This document shows positions 53,101 to 62,356 of a stretch of 64,000 nucleotides of DNA, piece by piece. The translations under genes were made by a program, and so were the position numbers. The stretch is taken from positions 271,044-335,043 of the forward strand of contig JACJZJ010000004.1 of assembly GCA_020635675.1 (NCBI GenBank). Direction: 5' to 3'. The notes under the pieces were generated by a model. The model was not told where the DNA came from, did no database searches, and saw only the letters and a list, made by a program, of their open reading frames with translations. The first letter of the stretch is position 1. The number at the start of each line of letters is the position of its first letter. Source of the stretch: Flavobacteriales bacterium. Its GTDB lineage: Bacteria; Bacteroidota; Bacteroidia; Flavobacteriales_F; PHOS-HE28.

Positions 53101-53186
53101 TGGACGGGGTCGCCAACGGTGGATACGTCCTGCGCGCCAGGCGCGGTGACGTCGTTCTGTCCGCGCGACTTGTCGTCGCGAGGTAG
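50181..53186 (+). CDS. FG-GAP/VCBS-repeat (integrin-alpha-like) protein with Ig-like domains and T9SS C-terminal sorting domain
   Basis: Repeated DxDGDGxxD motifs (DLDQDGLQDV, DLDGDLDIDI, DIDGNGSNDV, DLDGDGREDL). The C-terminal LQVRPNPASDALWV...GGYVLRA is a T9SS CTD. Confidence 0.8.
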   Translation: MRSFPLLIASVAPLFCAAQFGLYSPLDHAELKEVKAIDLDQDGLQDVLGSRNDTLVWYRNMGLGTFSAAIMVHPGQGPMAMDAADLDGDLDIDIAFAQDGDTTVYWIENTDGTGTFGMPLPIDTLPAVQDPPAFIDLRCADITGDGTADILLIHPAFPSFIWYASDNGAFGPRQVAPGIQGGPVSRSLAIGDIDGNGSNDVLLNNVNDLVVAGLNFAGNATTWIPDTLFSGPITPEFAPDLMDIDGDSDTDIGLCGFAEVAWAPNSSNGVDPFPEFDRTVIAEIPRAGAGRFGHLGCGPTAFAVFFPTQDTLPTLWSRYDTAFGGMTPPLPLEGVVKGVGLVIADLDGDGREDLLVAYTDSIGWYAGGSSNVVPSTVIGFAPFDTLCQFGGSYPLVGATPAGGHWSGTAVENDHFVASGQFEGTYHPAYAVQDTSGCPIAGSQPLELIDHPEVSGPSGYSLTCPDGPLPFTAQPVGGIWDGVANASGVVDADAQPRPWGGPLVYLFTDVTGATCVSFGPFFSFLPKASVGLTSDSTYCSNLGVQEIHAMGPSNGSVTLTGPLDSLAYPLPSQVVGYFNTALPPGLYTFGAFATGPGRCPDSLFTTVEVLQAPTVVGMSFDTLCAASGPYPLSGLVMPAGGIWTGSGIVNDQFDVDSTEAGAYPLSYLFVAPNGCRDSLVQIMVAIDGPGIEGPADSSWFCSAEGPITWSSSPSGCGWSSPLDTLQGTLDPGMLGTLPFDGQVTATYIDATGGSCATVGPTFHVRASTPVNIFSPAPFCVTDTIGDISGTGGTWGGAASGDGTTATVYPEQLGIGSFWTTLTDSLPGYCRGTDSVLVAVFGPPATTLDLGTDTLFTTSPPLNLSGGSPGGGQYLFNDTLLAVFDPAFWGVGTYPITYLVDGTPCDGSSTDTLVVLLPTAMQAPSLQPLQVRPNPASDALWVVGPQGTGWAIELVDALGRVLLSQEGGNLPTRIALDGVANGGYVLRARRGDVVLSARLVVAR

Positions 53187-53197
53187 CGCACCGGGCT

Positions 53198-54025
53198 TCA
53201 GAACCGGAATTGGGCTCCGAGTTCGGCGGATCCCTGATAGAACAGGAAATTCTGATGGGCACGATCTTCGGAAGTGCCCGTGGTGAGCACGTTGGGTAGG
53301 TCGATCCACCCGGCCCGACCCGTGACGCGCAGGAACACGTACCTGAGGATGGTCACATGAACACCGGCCTGCACACCGAGGCCGAATCCGGCCAGATGGA
53401 ACCGGTTGTTCACCCCTTCCCCGAACAAGCGCACATCGGAACGGGGAATGACCGGACCGACATGCACTCCCTCGAAAGCATGGACCATGATCCTACCCAG
53501 GGTCCCGCTCCATATCCGATCGTAGCGATCGAGGTCGACGCTCAACAGGTTCAGACCGTCGCTGTGCTCATATTGGACCAGGTCGGGTGCCAGCACCACC
53601 ATCTGGTCGATATCATCCCCCGCATACTGTTCGGACCGTGTCGGATCGATGCTGCCGGTCATTCGTGCCTCCTGACCGGTGACCAGGAAGTACTTCATAT
53701 GGTCCAACCCCAGGGACAGGCTGAAGCGGTCGGTGATGAACCAACCCAGCCTGTAGTTGTATTGCGGCACCCACATCGTGGCTGGCGAGAAATAGGTCTT
53801 CGCCTCGAAAGCCACGGCACGATCCACTGCTTTTACACGGTGCAGCGTGAAGTCGTAGCCCGGACCATTGAAATGGATATCGCTGGTGCCATATCCGGAT
53901 CGGTTGTAGCCCCAATAGAGGAAAAGCGAGCCCCTGGGCATGGGCGCGTGCGGCCCGGAAGCCAGCAGCCGTGCAGGAGCTCCGATGATCAACAGACCGA
54001 TCGCTATGGAAGCCAGGAAGCGCAT
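53198..54025 (-). CDS. outer-membrane beta-barrel protein (family unassigned)
   Basis: Signal peptide, alternating amphipathic strands and a C-terminal ...ELGAQFRF with terminal Phe. Confidence 0.6.
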   Translation of the reverse strand: MRFLASIAIGLLIIGAPARLLASGPHAPMPRGSLFLYWGYNRSGYGTSDIHFNGPGYDFTLHRVKAVDRAVAFEAKTYFSPATMWVPQYNYRLGWFITDRFSLSLGLDHMKYFLVTGQEARMTGSIDPTRSEQYAGDDIDQMVVLAPDLVQYEHSDGLNLLSVDLDRYDRIWSGTLGRIMVHAFEGVHVGPVIPRSDVRLFGEGVNNRFHLAGFGLGVQAGVHVTILRYVFLRVTGRAGWIDLPNVLTTGTSEDRAHQNFLFYQGSAELGAQFRF

Positions 54026-54081
54026 GGGGGCCGTGCTGCGAAATTAGCCTGACGTCGGTCGGCAGCCTTCGCATCCACGGA

Positions 54082-56838
54082 TCAATCCAGGCCGAGTTCG
54101 ATCTGCTTGCCTGGAGAATAGCCGACCAAGGGATCGTCCGGATCACGATCGACCTCGTCCGCGGATACCTGCATCCGTTTGAACCGCTTCACGGGCGATT
54201 CCTCCAACCCCTCCACTTCCGGCGATCCGAGGTTGCCGATCTCCTCCTCGCTGATCAGCATGCCCTGGACCTCCTCCAACTCGGGTGTCATGGGCACGAA
54301 AACGGGATCGAGAAGAACGAGGTCCTTCACCTTGTGCGCTGTCAACCGGTTGCCCATCGCCTTCACGCCCTTCAAGGCGATGAAAGCCTCCAGATCGATC
54401 TCTTCATCGGGCCGATCGCTGCTGCGCTTGTCAAAGCTGACCCGGACCTTCGGATGTGGCATCATGCTGTGAAGGGCGAGTTTGCTTTCGGCATGGTCCG
54501 AGATGAACCGCACAGGGTCCTTGGATGGCTCCGGAAGGAATCGTTTGACGTTGTACTGCTGTTTCTCACCATCCCAATAAACCGCGGATATCACCGCCTT
54601 CGGGTCCCATTTCATGACGGTGACAGCCTCATCCGGAAAGTGCGTGCTGAGTGCGAACGGGAACAATTGATAACCGCCCGATGAGAGTACGCACAGGATC
54701 TTGTCATCCCCGGAGAACCTGCCCAGGTAGCGTCCATGTCCGGTGTCGTTCAGGCGTCGGACGGTCTCATCGAACCAGATCGGGATCGCACCGAGCGTGC
54801 TCCCTCCCCGTTCCTTCTGGGTGATCTTCGCCACCATGTGCCTGGTGAGCAGGTTGCCCTTGCTGCCACGCCCCTTCACCGCCATCTTGCCCAGGTCGAT
54901 ATCGAACTTGGTCTTCCTCAGGTTCGGGCGGGGCCGCAACTGCACCTGGACGACCTCCGCCGCACCATCGGCATTGGCGGTGAAGTAGACCACGTGGGAC
55001 CCTGCGGTGCCATTGGTCAGGTCGTATTCCTTGTCGCGCGTGATCCCCGTGACGGCGAACCGCTTCATGAAGTACGCGCCCTTCGTGCCGTCCTGGTACA
55101 TCATGTGGTAGATCGTGCGATCGTCGCCCTTCTTCCAAACGCCGGCGTGAAGGATTCCCTTCCCCACGAACTTCTTGTCGGCCACCTTGGTCACGACCAT
55201 GGACCCGTTGTCCCGGAAAACGATGATGTCATCGATATCCGAGCATTCATCGACCTGTTCGAAGTTGCGAAGCCCCCATCCGATGAAACCCTCCGCGCGG
55301 TCCACGTAGAGCTTGCGGTTGGCCACGGCCACCTTGGTGGCCACGATGGTGTCGAACGTGCGCAGTTCGGTCCGCCGCTCACGGCCCGCGCCGTATTTCT
55401 TCTTCAGCTCCTTGAAATGGTCCACGGCATGGTCCACGAGGTGATCGAGCTTGTGGGCCACCTCGGCGAGCTGTTCCTCCAGTGAGCGGATGTGCTCGTC
55501 GGCGCGGAAGCTGTCGTACCTGCTGATCCGCTTGATCTTGATCTCCGTCAGGCGTACCACGTCCTCATCGGTGACCGGCCGCCTGAGGACCTGGATGTGC
55601 GGTTTGAGCCCCTTGTGGATGAAGGCGATCACCTCCTCCCAGGTCTCGGCCTCCTCGATCCTGCGATAGACCTTTTTTTCGATGAAGATGCGTTCCAACG
55701 AACTGAAATGCCATTGCTCCTCCAGTTCGGACCGCCTGATCTCCAGCTCGAGCCGCAGGAGTTCAAGGGTGTGTTGCGTACCGGTACGGAGCAGCTCGTT
55801 GACGCTGATGAACCGTGGCGCCTCCCTGCCATCCTCATCCACTTCGATCACCGTGGCGTTCGGTGCGATGCTGAGCTCGCAGTCCGTGAAAGCATACAGC
55901 GCATCGATGGTGGTATCCGGAGAGACACCGGCCGGCAGGTGGATGATGATCTCCGCGTTCTCGGCCGTATTGTCCTCGATGTGCTTGACCTTGAGCTTTC
56001 CCTTGTCGTTGGCCTTGATGATGCTTTCGATCAAGCCCGTCGTGGTGGTGCCGAAGGGGATCTCCGAGATCACCAGCGTCCGGTTGTCCTCCTTGCGGAT
56101 CCTTGCACGGACACGGACGCGGCCCCCACGCTGACCTTCATTGTACTGCTCCACGTCGGCCATTCCGCCGGTCGGGAAATCGGGCAGGACCTGGACGCGT
56201 TTGCCGCGGAGCACGGCGATGCTCGCGTCGATCAGCTCGTTGAAGTTGTGGGGCAGCACCTTGCAGCTCAGGCCCACCGCGATGCCCTCCCCACCCTGCG
56301 CAAGGAGCAGTGGGAACTTCACCGGCAGATGGACAGGTTCCTTGTTGCGTCCGTCATAGCTCGCCTGCCATGCGGTGGTCTTCGGGTTGAACACCACGTC
56401 GAGCGCGAACTTGCTGAGTCGCGCCTCGATGTACCTGGGCGCGGCCGCGCTGTCACCGGTCAGGATGTTGCCCCAGTTGCCCTGGGTGTCGATCAGCAGG
56501 TCCTTCTGACCCAACTGCACCAGTGCATCGCCGATGCTCGCATCGCCATGCGGGTGGTACTGCATGGTATGACCGATGATGTTCGCCACCTTGTTGTAGC
56601 GCCCGTCATCAAGCTCCTTCATGGCATGCAGTATTCTGCGTTGCACGGGCTTGAGGCCATCGGACAGTGCCGGCACCGCGCGCTCCAGGATCACGTAGCT
56701 GGCATAGTCCAGGAACCAATCCCGGTACATCCCGCTCACGGAGAAGGCACCGCCGCCTGTCCCGGGGGCGCTGCGATGTTCACCTTCGTTCTCGGTTCCG
56801 GGGTCCCCGGGGTCGACCCCTTCCAGTTCGTCGCTCAT
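54082..56838 (-). CDS. parC: DNA topoisomerase IV subunit A (GyrA-family)
   Basis: The catalytic Tyr region matches AAPRYIEARL; also present is the block WQASYDGRNKEPVHLPVKFPLLLAQG. The start is the internal ATG MSDELEG; the track ORF carries a 60-aa extension. Confidence 0.88.
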   Translation of the reverse strand: MSDELEGVDPGDPGTENEGEHRSAPGTGGGAFSVSGMYRDWFLDYASYVILERAVPALSDGLKPVQRRILHAMKELDDGRYNKVANIIGHTMQYHPHGDASIGDALVQLGQKDLLIDTQGNWGNILTGDSAAAPRYIEARLSKFALDVVFNPKTTAWQASYDGRNKEPVHLPVKFPLLLAQGGEGIAVGLSCKVLPHNFNELIDASIAVLRGKRVQVLPDFPTGGMADVEQYNEGQRGGRVRVRARIRKEDNRTLVISEIPFGTTTTGLIESIIKANDKGKLKVKHIEDNTAENAEIIIHLPAGVSPDTTIDALYAFTDCELSIAPNATVIEVDEDGREAPRFISVNELLRTGTQHTLELLRLELEIRRSELEEQWHFSSLERIFIEKKVYRRIEEAETWEEVIAFIHKGLKPHIQVLRRPVTDEDVVRLTEIKIKRISRYDSFRADEHIRSLEEQLAEVAHKLDHLVDHAVDHFKELKKKYGAGRERRTELRTFDTIVATKVAVANRKLYVDRAEGFIGWGLRNFEQVDECSDIDDIIVFRDNGSMVVTKVADKKFVGKGILHAGVWKKGDDRTIYHMMYQDGTKGAYFMKRFAVTGITRDKEYDLTNGTAGSHVVYFTANADGAAEVVQVQLRPRPNLRKTKFDIDLGKMAVKGRGSKGNLLTRHMVAKITQKERGGSTLGAIPIWFDETVRRLNDTGHGRYLGRFSGDDKILCVLSSGGYQLFPFALSTHFPDEAVTVMKWDPKAVISAVYWDGEKQQYNVKRFLPEPSKDPVRFISDHAESKLALHSMMPHPKVRVSFDKRSSDRPDEEIDLEAFIALKGVKAMGNRLTAHKVKDLVLLDPVFVPMTPELEEVQGMLISEEEIGNLGSPEVEGLEESPVKRFKRMQVSADEVDRDPDDPLVGYSPGKQIELGLD

Positions 56839-56839
56839 T

Positions 56840-57265
56840 TCAATACTCGGCAATGGCGCACAGGGCGACCGGGCTCGCAAAGCTCCCGGTGTTGCCCAGG
56901 CGAAGATCGATGCAGTACTCCTGTCCGATGGTGACCCGCTGGATGGACGTAGTGAACACCTCGTCGGCGATGGCGAAGGACTGCACGGTACCCGCCAAGG
57001 TGTCGCCCTGCAGCGCATAGTGCACCACGTAGGTGGTGGGGTTCAGGAAGTACTCCTCGTGCACCCGGACCTCGCAACGCAGGACGCGATTCGTATCGGC
57101 CCCATTGATCACCACGTCGACATGATGGTCTTCCAGGGTGAACACGGCCGGCCCGTCATAGTCCGGGTCGAAGGGATTGTTGCGCAGTTCGTCCGGTACG
57201 ATCGGACTTTTGTAGCACGACCCGAGCAACACACCAGCGATGAGTATGGTCCAATGCGTGCTCAT
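56840..57265 (-). CDS. hypothetical lipoprotein (141 aa)
   Basis: Lipobox LLGSC. Embedded between parC and the PEGA gene. The ATGA start overlaps the upstream stop. Confidence 0.55.
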   Translation of the reverse strand: MSTHWTILIAGVLLGSCYKSPIVPDELRNNPFDPDYDGPAVFTLEDHHVDVVINGADTNRVLRCEVRVHEEYFLNPTTYVVHYALQGDTLAGTVQSFAIADEVFTTSIQRVTIGQEYCIDLRLGNTGSFASPVALCAIAEY

Positions 57266-57990
57266 TGCAGGGGTATTGTGAAACGCAGGCACCATACACC
57301 ATCCGCCCCCTGCGGCCACCAGGTCAAGCCGTCGAACTTGAGCTTCTCCCTGTCATCGAAGACGGGAGCCTGCCACTTGCGCGTCATGCGATGTACGAGG
57401 TAGGTCGCACCGGCCGCAAGCACTGTGGTGCCGGCCGCGATGCCGAACATCGTTCGCCTGCGGGACAAGGCGTCCTCATGGGCCGGGATCGTCCCCTCCT
57501 TGAGCATCATGACGTCGGAAGGAACATTGCCATGGGTGTAATGGTCCTGGTCGTCCTTCAGGTCCTGGTAGGCCCGGCGCATGTTCAGGAAGGCGACCGT
57601 GCTCCAGGCCACTCCTCCCAATGTCGCCACCAACGGTGCGGCGTTCACCCAGCGCTTTCGGGTACGCCACGCCTGGTATTCCTGCACGTAGGTCCTGTAT
57701 GCGGGGCTCTCGGGCAAATGGAGGAGGTATTCGATGGTGCGACCGGGGACCACTTCCAGCGTGGTATCCACGACCATGCGTCCGGGCGCCCAAAAGGCGA
57801 AATGATGCGGACCCTCCGTCAGGGTGACCTCGCGCTGCTGCATGCGGTACTGGTGGTCGACCACGAAGGTGAAGTTGTGGCCCGGATCGATCAGCAGACG
57901 CAGCGTGCCGGTTGTCTGGGCCGCCCCCGAAAGATATAGCAGGTGCGGAAGGACGAGCGCGCTGATGTGGATGGACGCACGCATGATCAA
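57262..57990 (-). CDS. PEGA-like domain membrane protein (signal peptide + beta-sandwich + 2 TM helices)
   Basis: [18 protein letters not shown]...[16 protein letters not shown] is PEGA-like. Hydrophobic helices are [21 protein letters not shown] and [19 protein letters not shown]. The ATGA start overlaps the parE stop. Confidence 0.55.
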   Translation of the reverse strand: MIMRASIHISALVLPHLLYLSGAAQTTGTLRLLIDPGHNFTFVVDHQYRMQQREVTLTEGPHHFAFWAPGRMVVDTTLEVVPGRTIEYLLHLPESPAYRTYVQEYQAWRTRKRWVNAAPLVATLGGVAWSTVAFLNMRRAYQDLKDDQDHYTHGNVPSDVMMLKEGTIPAHEDALSRRRTMFGIAAGTTVLAAGATYLVHRMTRKWQAPVFDDREKLKFDGLTWWPQGADGVWCLRFTIPLQ

Positions 57991-59927
57991 ACTCCCGCCT
58001 CCACTTCGTTCTCCTGCAGTTTCTGCGCAATGGCCTTGACACGTTCCAGGGTGTTCGTCGGCCTCACCGGACCGCCCTCATCCTCCTCCACGAGGTCCTT
58101 CTCCACACGCAGGTTGCCGATGATGAAATCCTGTCGTTCCGGTGTGTTCTTGCCCATGTAGAACCCGAGAAGATCGTGGACCACCGCATCCTTGGTGATC
58201 ATCACCGGCTCCAGGCGCATGTCCTCACCGATGAAATGCTTGAACTCGTCAGGGCTGATCTCGCCCAGGCCTTTGAACCGGGTGATCTCGGGGTTCCGGC
58301 CGAGCTTCGCGATGGCCTTTCTTCTTTCCTCCTCGCTGTAGCAATAGATGGTCTCCTTCTTGTTGCGCACGCGGAACAGCGGCGTCTGCAGGATGTACAG
58401 GTGGTCGTTCTTCACGAGGTCCGGGAAGAACTGCAGAAAGAACGTGAGCAGGAGCAGCCGGATGTGCATGCCGTCCACGTCCGCATCGGTGGCGATGACG
58501 ATCCGGTTGTACCGCAGTCCATCCATGTCGTCCTCGATGTTGAGCGCGGCCTGCACCAGATTGAACTCCTCGTTCTCGTAGACCACCTTCTTGGTGAGGC
58601 CATAGCAGTTCAGCGGCTTGCCCTTCAGGCTGAAGACCGCCTGCGTGTTCACGTCGCGGCTCTTGGTGATGCTGCCACTGGCGCTGTCCCCCTCGGTGAT
58701 GAAGAGCGTGGTGTCGTTCTTCCGATCGTCCTTTTTGGGGTCGTTCAAATGCACACGGCAGTCGCGGAGCTTGCGGTTGTGCAGGCTCGCCTTCTTGGCA
58801 CGCTCCCGCGCGAGTTTGCGGATCCCGCTGAGCTCCTTTCGCTCTCTTTCGTTCTGGAGTATGCGCGATTGGATCACCTCGGCCACCTCCGGATGTTTGT
58901 GCAGGTAGTTGTTCAACTCCCTGCCGACGAAGTCGCCGATGAAGCTGCGCATGCTCTGCCCTCCCGGCTCCACTTCCTGACTGCCCAGCTTCGTCTTGGT
59001 CTGGCTCTCGAACACCGGCTCGATCACCTTCACACTGATCGCGGCCACAATGCCCGTACGGATGTCGTTCGCGTCCCAGTCCTTCTTGAAAAAGTCACGG
59101 ACGGTCTTCACCACGGCCTCCCGGAACGCTCCCTGATGCGTGCCGCCCTGCGTGGTGTGCTGCCCGTTGACGAAGCTGTAGTACTCCTCGCCATAGTGCT
59201 GGGCGTGGGTCAGCGCCACTTCGATATCCTCGCCGACGAGATGGACGATCGGATACAAGGGCTCTCCGTCCATCTTGGTGGTCAGCAGATCGAGCAGTCC
59301 GTTCTTGCTCTGGAACCGCTGCCCATTGTATGCGATCGTCAACCCCGTGTTCAGGTAGCAATAGTTCCACAACAGCCTCTCGATGTGCTGATCGCGGAAC
59401 TGATAGTGCCTGAACATCTGATCGTCGGGCTCGAAGACCACGCGCGTCCCGTTCGGCTCCCCGGTCCTGGTCAGTTTCTCGTCCTTGCGCAGAACGCCGC
59501 GATCGAACTCCGCCCGCTTCATCTGACCATCGCGGATGCTTTCGATCCGGAAGTAGGTACTGAGCGCGTTCACGGCCTTGGTACCCACGCCGTTCAGGCC
59601 GACGCTCTTCTTGAACGCCTTGCTGTCGTACTTGGCGCCGGTGTTGATCTTGCTCACCACGTCGATCACCTTTCCCAGGGGGATGCCCCGACCGAGGTCG
59701 CGGACTTCGACCCTTCCTTCCTCGATCCGCACCTCCACCTTCTTGCCATAGCCCATCACGTACTCGTCGATGCAGTTGTCGAGCACCTCTTTGAGCAGGA
59801 TGTAGATACCGTCATCGTAGCTGCTGCCGTCGCCGAGCTTGCCGATGTACATGCCTGGCCGTAGCCGGATGTGCTCTTTCCAATCGAGCGACCGGATATG
59901 CTCCTCGCTGTAATTGACCTCGCTCAT
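57987..59927 (-). CDS. parE: DNA topoisomerase IV subunit B (GyrB-family ATPase)
   Basis: GHKL ATPase motifs ([26 protein letters not shown]), a Toprim domain ([10 protein letters not shown]) and a C-terminal tail. Confidence 0.9.
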   Translation of the reverse strand: MSEVNYSEEHIRSLDWKEHIRLRPGMYIGKLGDGSSYDDGIYILLKEVLDNCIDEYVMGYGKKVEVRIEEGRVEVRDLGRGIPLGKVIDVVSKINTGAKYDSKAFKKSVGLNGVGTKAVNALSTYFRIESIRDGQMKRAEFDRGVLRKDEKLTRTGEPNGTRVVFEPDDQMFRHYQFRDQHIERLLWNYCYLNTGLTIAYNGQRFQSKNGLLDLLTTKMDGEPLYPIVHLVGEDIEVALTHAQHYGEEYYSFVNGQHTTQGGTHQGAFREAVVKTVRDFFKKDWDANDIRTGIVAAISVKVIEPVFESQTKTKLGSQEVEPGGQSMRSFIGDFVGRELNNYLHKHPEVAEVIQSRILQNERERKELSGIRKLARERAKKASLHNRKLRDCRVHLNDPKKDDRKNDTTLFITEGDSASGSITKSRDVNTQAVFSLKGKPLNCYGLTKKVVYENEEFNLVQAALNIEDDMDGLRYNRIVIATDADVDGMHIRLLLLTFFLQFFPDLVKNDHLYILQTPLFRVRNKKETIYCYSEEERRKAIAKLGRNPEITRFKGLGEISPDEFKHFIGEDMRLEPVMITKDAVVHDLLGFYMGKNTPERQDFIIGNLRVEKDLVEEDEGGPVRPTNTLERVKAIAQKLQENEVEAGV

Positions 59928-60030
59928 GTGTTCGTGGACCGCCGGAAGACCTTGCCCTGCGCGGGTTCCCTAAAGATGGGGCGAAAATAGTCCCGTCACC
60001 CGATCGGCATCCGGCCGGGTTTCCACAGGC

Positions 60031-60067
60031 TTTTCAACGATCCGGGCTAGTTTTCAACGATCCGGGC
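60031..60067. repeat. two direct copies of TTTTCAACGATCCGGGC spaced 20 bp centre-to-centre, in the parE upstream region
   Basis: The 17-nt repeat is exact. It lies 105-140 nt upstream of the parE start (minus strand). Confidence 0.7.
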
Positions 60068-60144
60068 ACATCACGACAGCCCGGTGGCCGGCTCCGCCTG
60101 TTCGGATCCGAACGGATGCCCCTTCCCCACGCGGGCCCGCGTGA

Positions 60145-62280
60145 TCACCTGAGACCCCGCTTGACCAGCAGGGGTTCCACCCGGGCATCACGCCCTCGGA
60201 ACGCACGGTACATCTCACCTTCGTCCATGCTGCCCCCCCGGGACAGCACGGTGGCCCGGAAATGATCGCCATTGGCGCGTGTCATCCCGCCATTCTCGTT
60301 GAACCAGGCGAACGCATCAGCGTCCATTACCTCGCTCCACAAATAAGCGTAGTAGTTCGCCGCGTAGTCGGTCCAGCAATGGCTGAAGTAGCAGCTGCGG
60401 TAGCGCGGTGGCACTTGGGGAAGGTCGAGGCCGTACTTGTGCAGGGCGGTCTTTTCAAAGCCGTCCACATCGGACACGCGCGGCGCGTCGAACGGCAGAC
60501 TGTGCCATTCGAGGTCCAGCAAGGCCGCCGCCAGATACTCCGTGGTGGCATAACCCTGGTTGAACTTGCTCGCCCTGCGCAGTTTCCCGGCCAGGTCGGC
60601 GGGCATGGCCTCGCCGGTCTTCCAATGCTTCGCATAGTTGTTGAACACCTCCGGGACCAACGCCCAGTTCTCGTTCACCTGGCTGGGGAATTCCACGAAA
60701 TCGGTACTTGTGGCGGTGCCGCTGAACTTGGGATATTTCTGTTCCGAGAGCATGCCATGAAGGGCATGACCGAACTCGTGGAACAGCGTGGTCACATCGT
60801 CCCAGCTCAAGAGGCAAGGCTGACCCTCGGCGGGCTTCACATAATTGCAATTCTGGGTGATGACCGGGTGCTGGTCGAGCAGCGTGCTCTGGTCCACGAA
60901 GCTGCTCATCCAGGCGCCACCGTTCTTGTTGTCACGTGCATAGTAGTCGCCATAGAAGAGCCCGATCGCGGCGCCGTTGGTGTCGATGATGTCGAACACC
61001 CGCACGTCCGGATGGTACACCGGCAGGTCATGCCGCTCCCTGAAGGTCAATCCGTACAGCTTGTTCGCCGCAAAGAAGACGCCGTTCTGGAGTACGTTCT
61101 CGAAATCGAGGTAAGGCTTCACCGCTGCCTCATCCAGATCGTACCTGGCCTTGCGCACCTGCTCGGCATAGAAGTCCCAATCCCAGGAGGCGACCTCGAA
61201 CCCACCCTTCTGTTGGTCCACGATCGCCTGTAGTTCGGCCGCCTCCTTCTTCGCGTTGGCTGCGGCGGCGGGCGCCATGTCGGCCATCAACTTCAGCGCA
61301 CGATCGGGGCTCTTGGCCATCTGGTCGTTCATGACGTAGTGGGCCCAGGTGGGGAAGCCGAGCAAATGGGCCTTTTCGGCGCGGAGCTGGGCGAGCCGCG
61401 TGATGATGTCCTTGTTGTCGTATTCGTTCCCGCGGCCGTTCCTTGTGAGCGAGGCCTGCATGATGCGCTCGCGCAAGGCGCGGTCCTTCAATTCGCTCAA
61501 GGCGGGCTGCGTGGTCGTGTTGCGCAGATCGATGAGCCAGGCACCCTTGTGGCCCTTGGCCTCCGCCGAAGCGGCGGCGGCCTCGATCGCCTCGGAGCCC
61601 ATCCCCTCCAGTTCCCTCGGATCGTTCACCACGATGGCCATCGCGGCGCGCTCCTTCAGGATGTTGTCCTGGAATTTGGTGACCAGATCGGCCTCCTCCT
61701 CGTTCAACTTCTTCATGCGCTCCTTGCCGGGATCATCGAGCAGCGCACCGGCCCTCACGAACCGGGTGTAATAGCGGTCGAGCAGACGCCCCTGCACCGG
61801 ATCGAGCCCCAGAGCGGCCTGGTCATCATGCAGCGCCTTGATACGCACGAACAGCGAGGGGTCCAGCGCGATCGCGTCCGCGTGCGCGGCCAGCTTGGGT
61901 GCGAGGGCGGCCTTCACGGACTGCAACGTATCGTTGGTCGCGCTGCTGGTCAGGTTGTAGAAGATCGCCGTGGCACGGTTGAGATCGCGCCCGCTCAGTT
62001 CCAAAGCCTCGATGGTGTTGGTGAACGTCGGTGCGTCCGGGTCCATGGCGATGGTCCTGACCTCCTCCAATTGCCGGCGCATGCCCTCCTCGATCGCCGG
62101 GCGAAAGTCGGTATCCTTGATCTTGTCGAAAGGCGGCGCCTGGAAAGGCAGGTCGCTTCGGGTCATGAGCGGGTTCATGGCGTTCGGCCCCTCCTGGTCC
62201 GTCGTCGGTGCAGAAGCCTGTTCACAGGCGGCAAGGGCCGAAACGAAAGCAAGTTGGGCGAGAATGGTCGTACGGGACAT
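60145..62280 (-). CDS. M3-family zinc metallopeptidase (peptidyl-dipeptidase Dcp / oligopeptidase A-like) lipoprotein
   Basis: HEFGHALH zinc motif, M3 fold length and lipobox LAAC. The start is the internal ATG MSRTTIL. Confidence 0.88.
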   Translation of the reverse strand: MSRTTILAQLAFVSALAACEQASAPTTDQEGPNAMNPLMTRSDLPFQAPPFDKIKDTDFRPAIEEGMRRQLEEVRTIAMDPDAPTFTNTIEALELSGRDLNRATAIFYNLTSSATNDTLQSVKAALAPKLAAHADAIALDPSLFVRIKALHDDQAALGLDPVQGRLLDRYYTRFVRAGALLDDPGKERMKKLNEEEADLVTKFQDNILKERAAMAIVVNDPRELEGMGSEAIEAAAASAEAKGHKGAWLIDLRNTTTQPALSELKDRALRERIMQASLTRNGRGNEYDNKDIITRLAQLRAEKAHLLGFPTWAHYVMNDQMAKSPDRALKLMADMAPAAAANAKKEAAELQAIVDQQKGGFEVASWDWDFYAEQVRKARYDLDEAAVKPYLDFENVLQNGVFFAANKLYGLTFRERHDLPVYHPDVRVFDIIDTNGAAIGLFYGDYYARDNKNGGAWMSSFVDQSTLLDQHPVITQNCNYVKPAEGQPCLLSWDDVTTLFHEFGHALHGMLSEQKYPKFSGTATSTDFVEFPSQVNENWALVPEVFNNYAKHWKTGEAMPADLAGKLRRASKFNQGYATTEYLAAALLDLEWHSLPFDAPRVSDVDGFEKTALHKYGLDLPQVPPRYRSCYFSHCWTDYAANYYAYLWSEVMDADAFAWFNENGGMTRANGDHFRATVLSRGGSMDEGEMYRAFRGRDARVEPLLVKRGLR

Positions 62281-62356
62281 GGTCTTTCCAAAAGGGGCCG
62301 AAAGGTAGGATGTGGAACAAGGCATGGCACGTTCGCGATCGTCACCATCACCCTCC

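Noticed and set aside
53198-54025. Possibility that the 275-aa beta-barrel is PorP/SprF
   Set aside because: It lacks the N-terminal QDPQFSQY-type motif I associate with that family. It is also adjacent to a type-A, not type-B, CTD protein. I left it as unassigned OMP.
58176-59864. 562-aa plus-strand ORF
   Set aside because: Antisense to parE.
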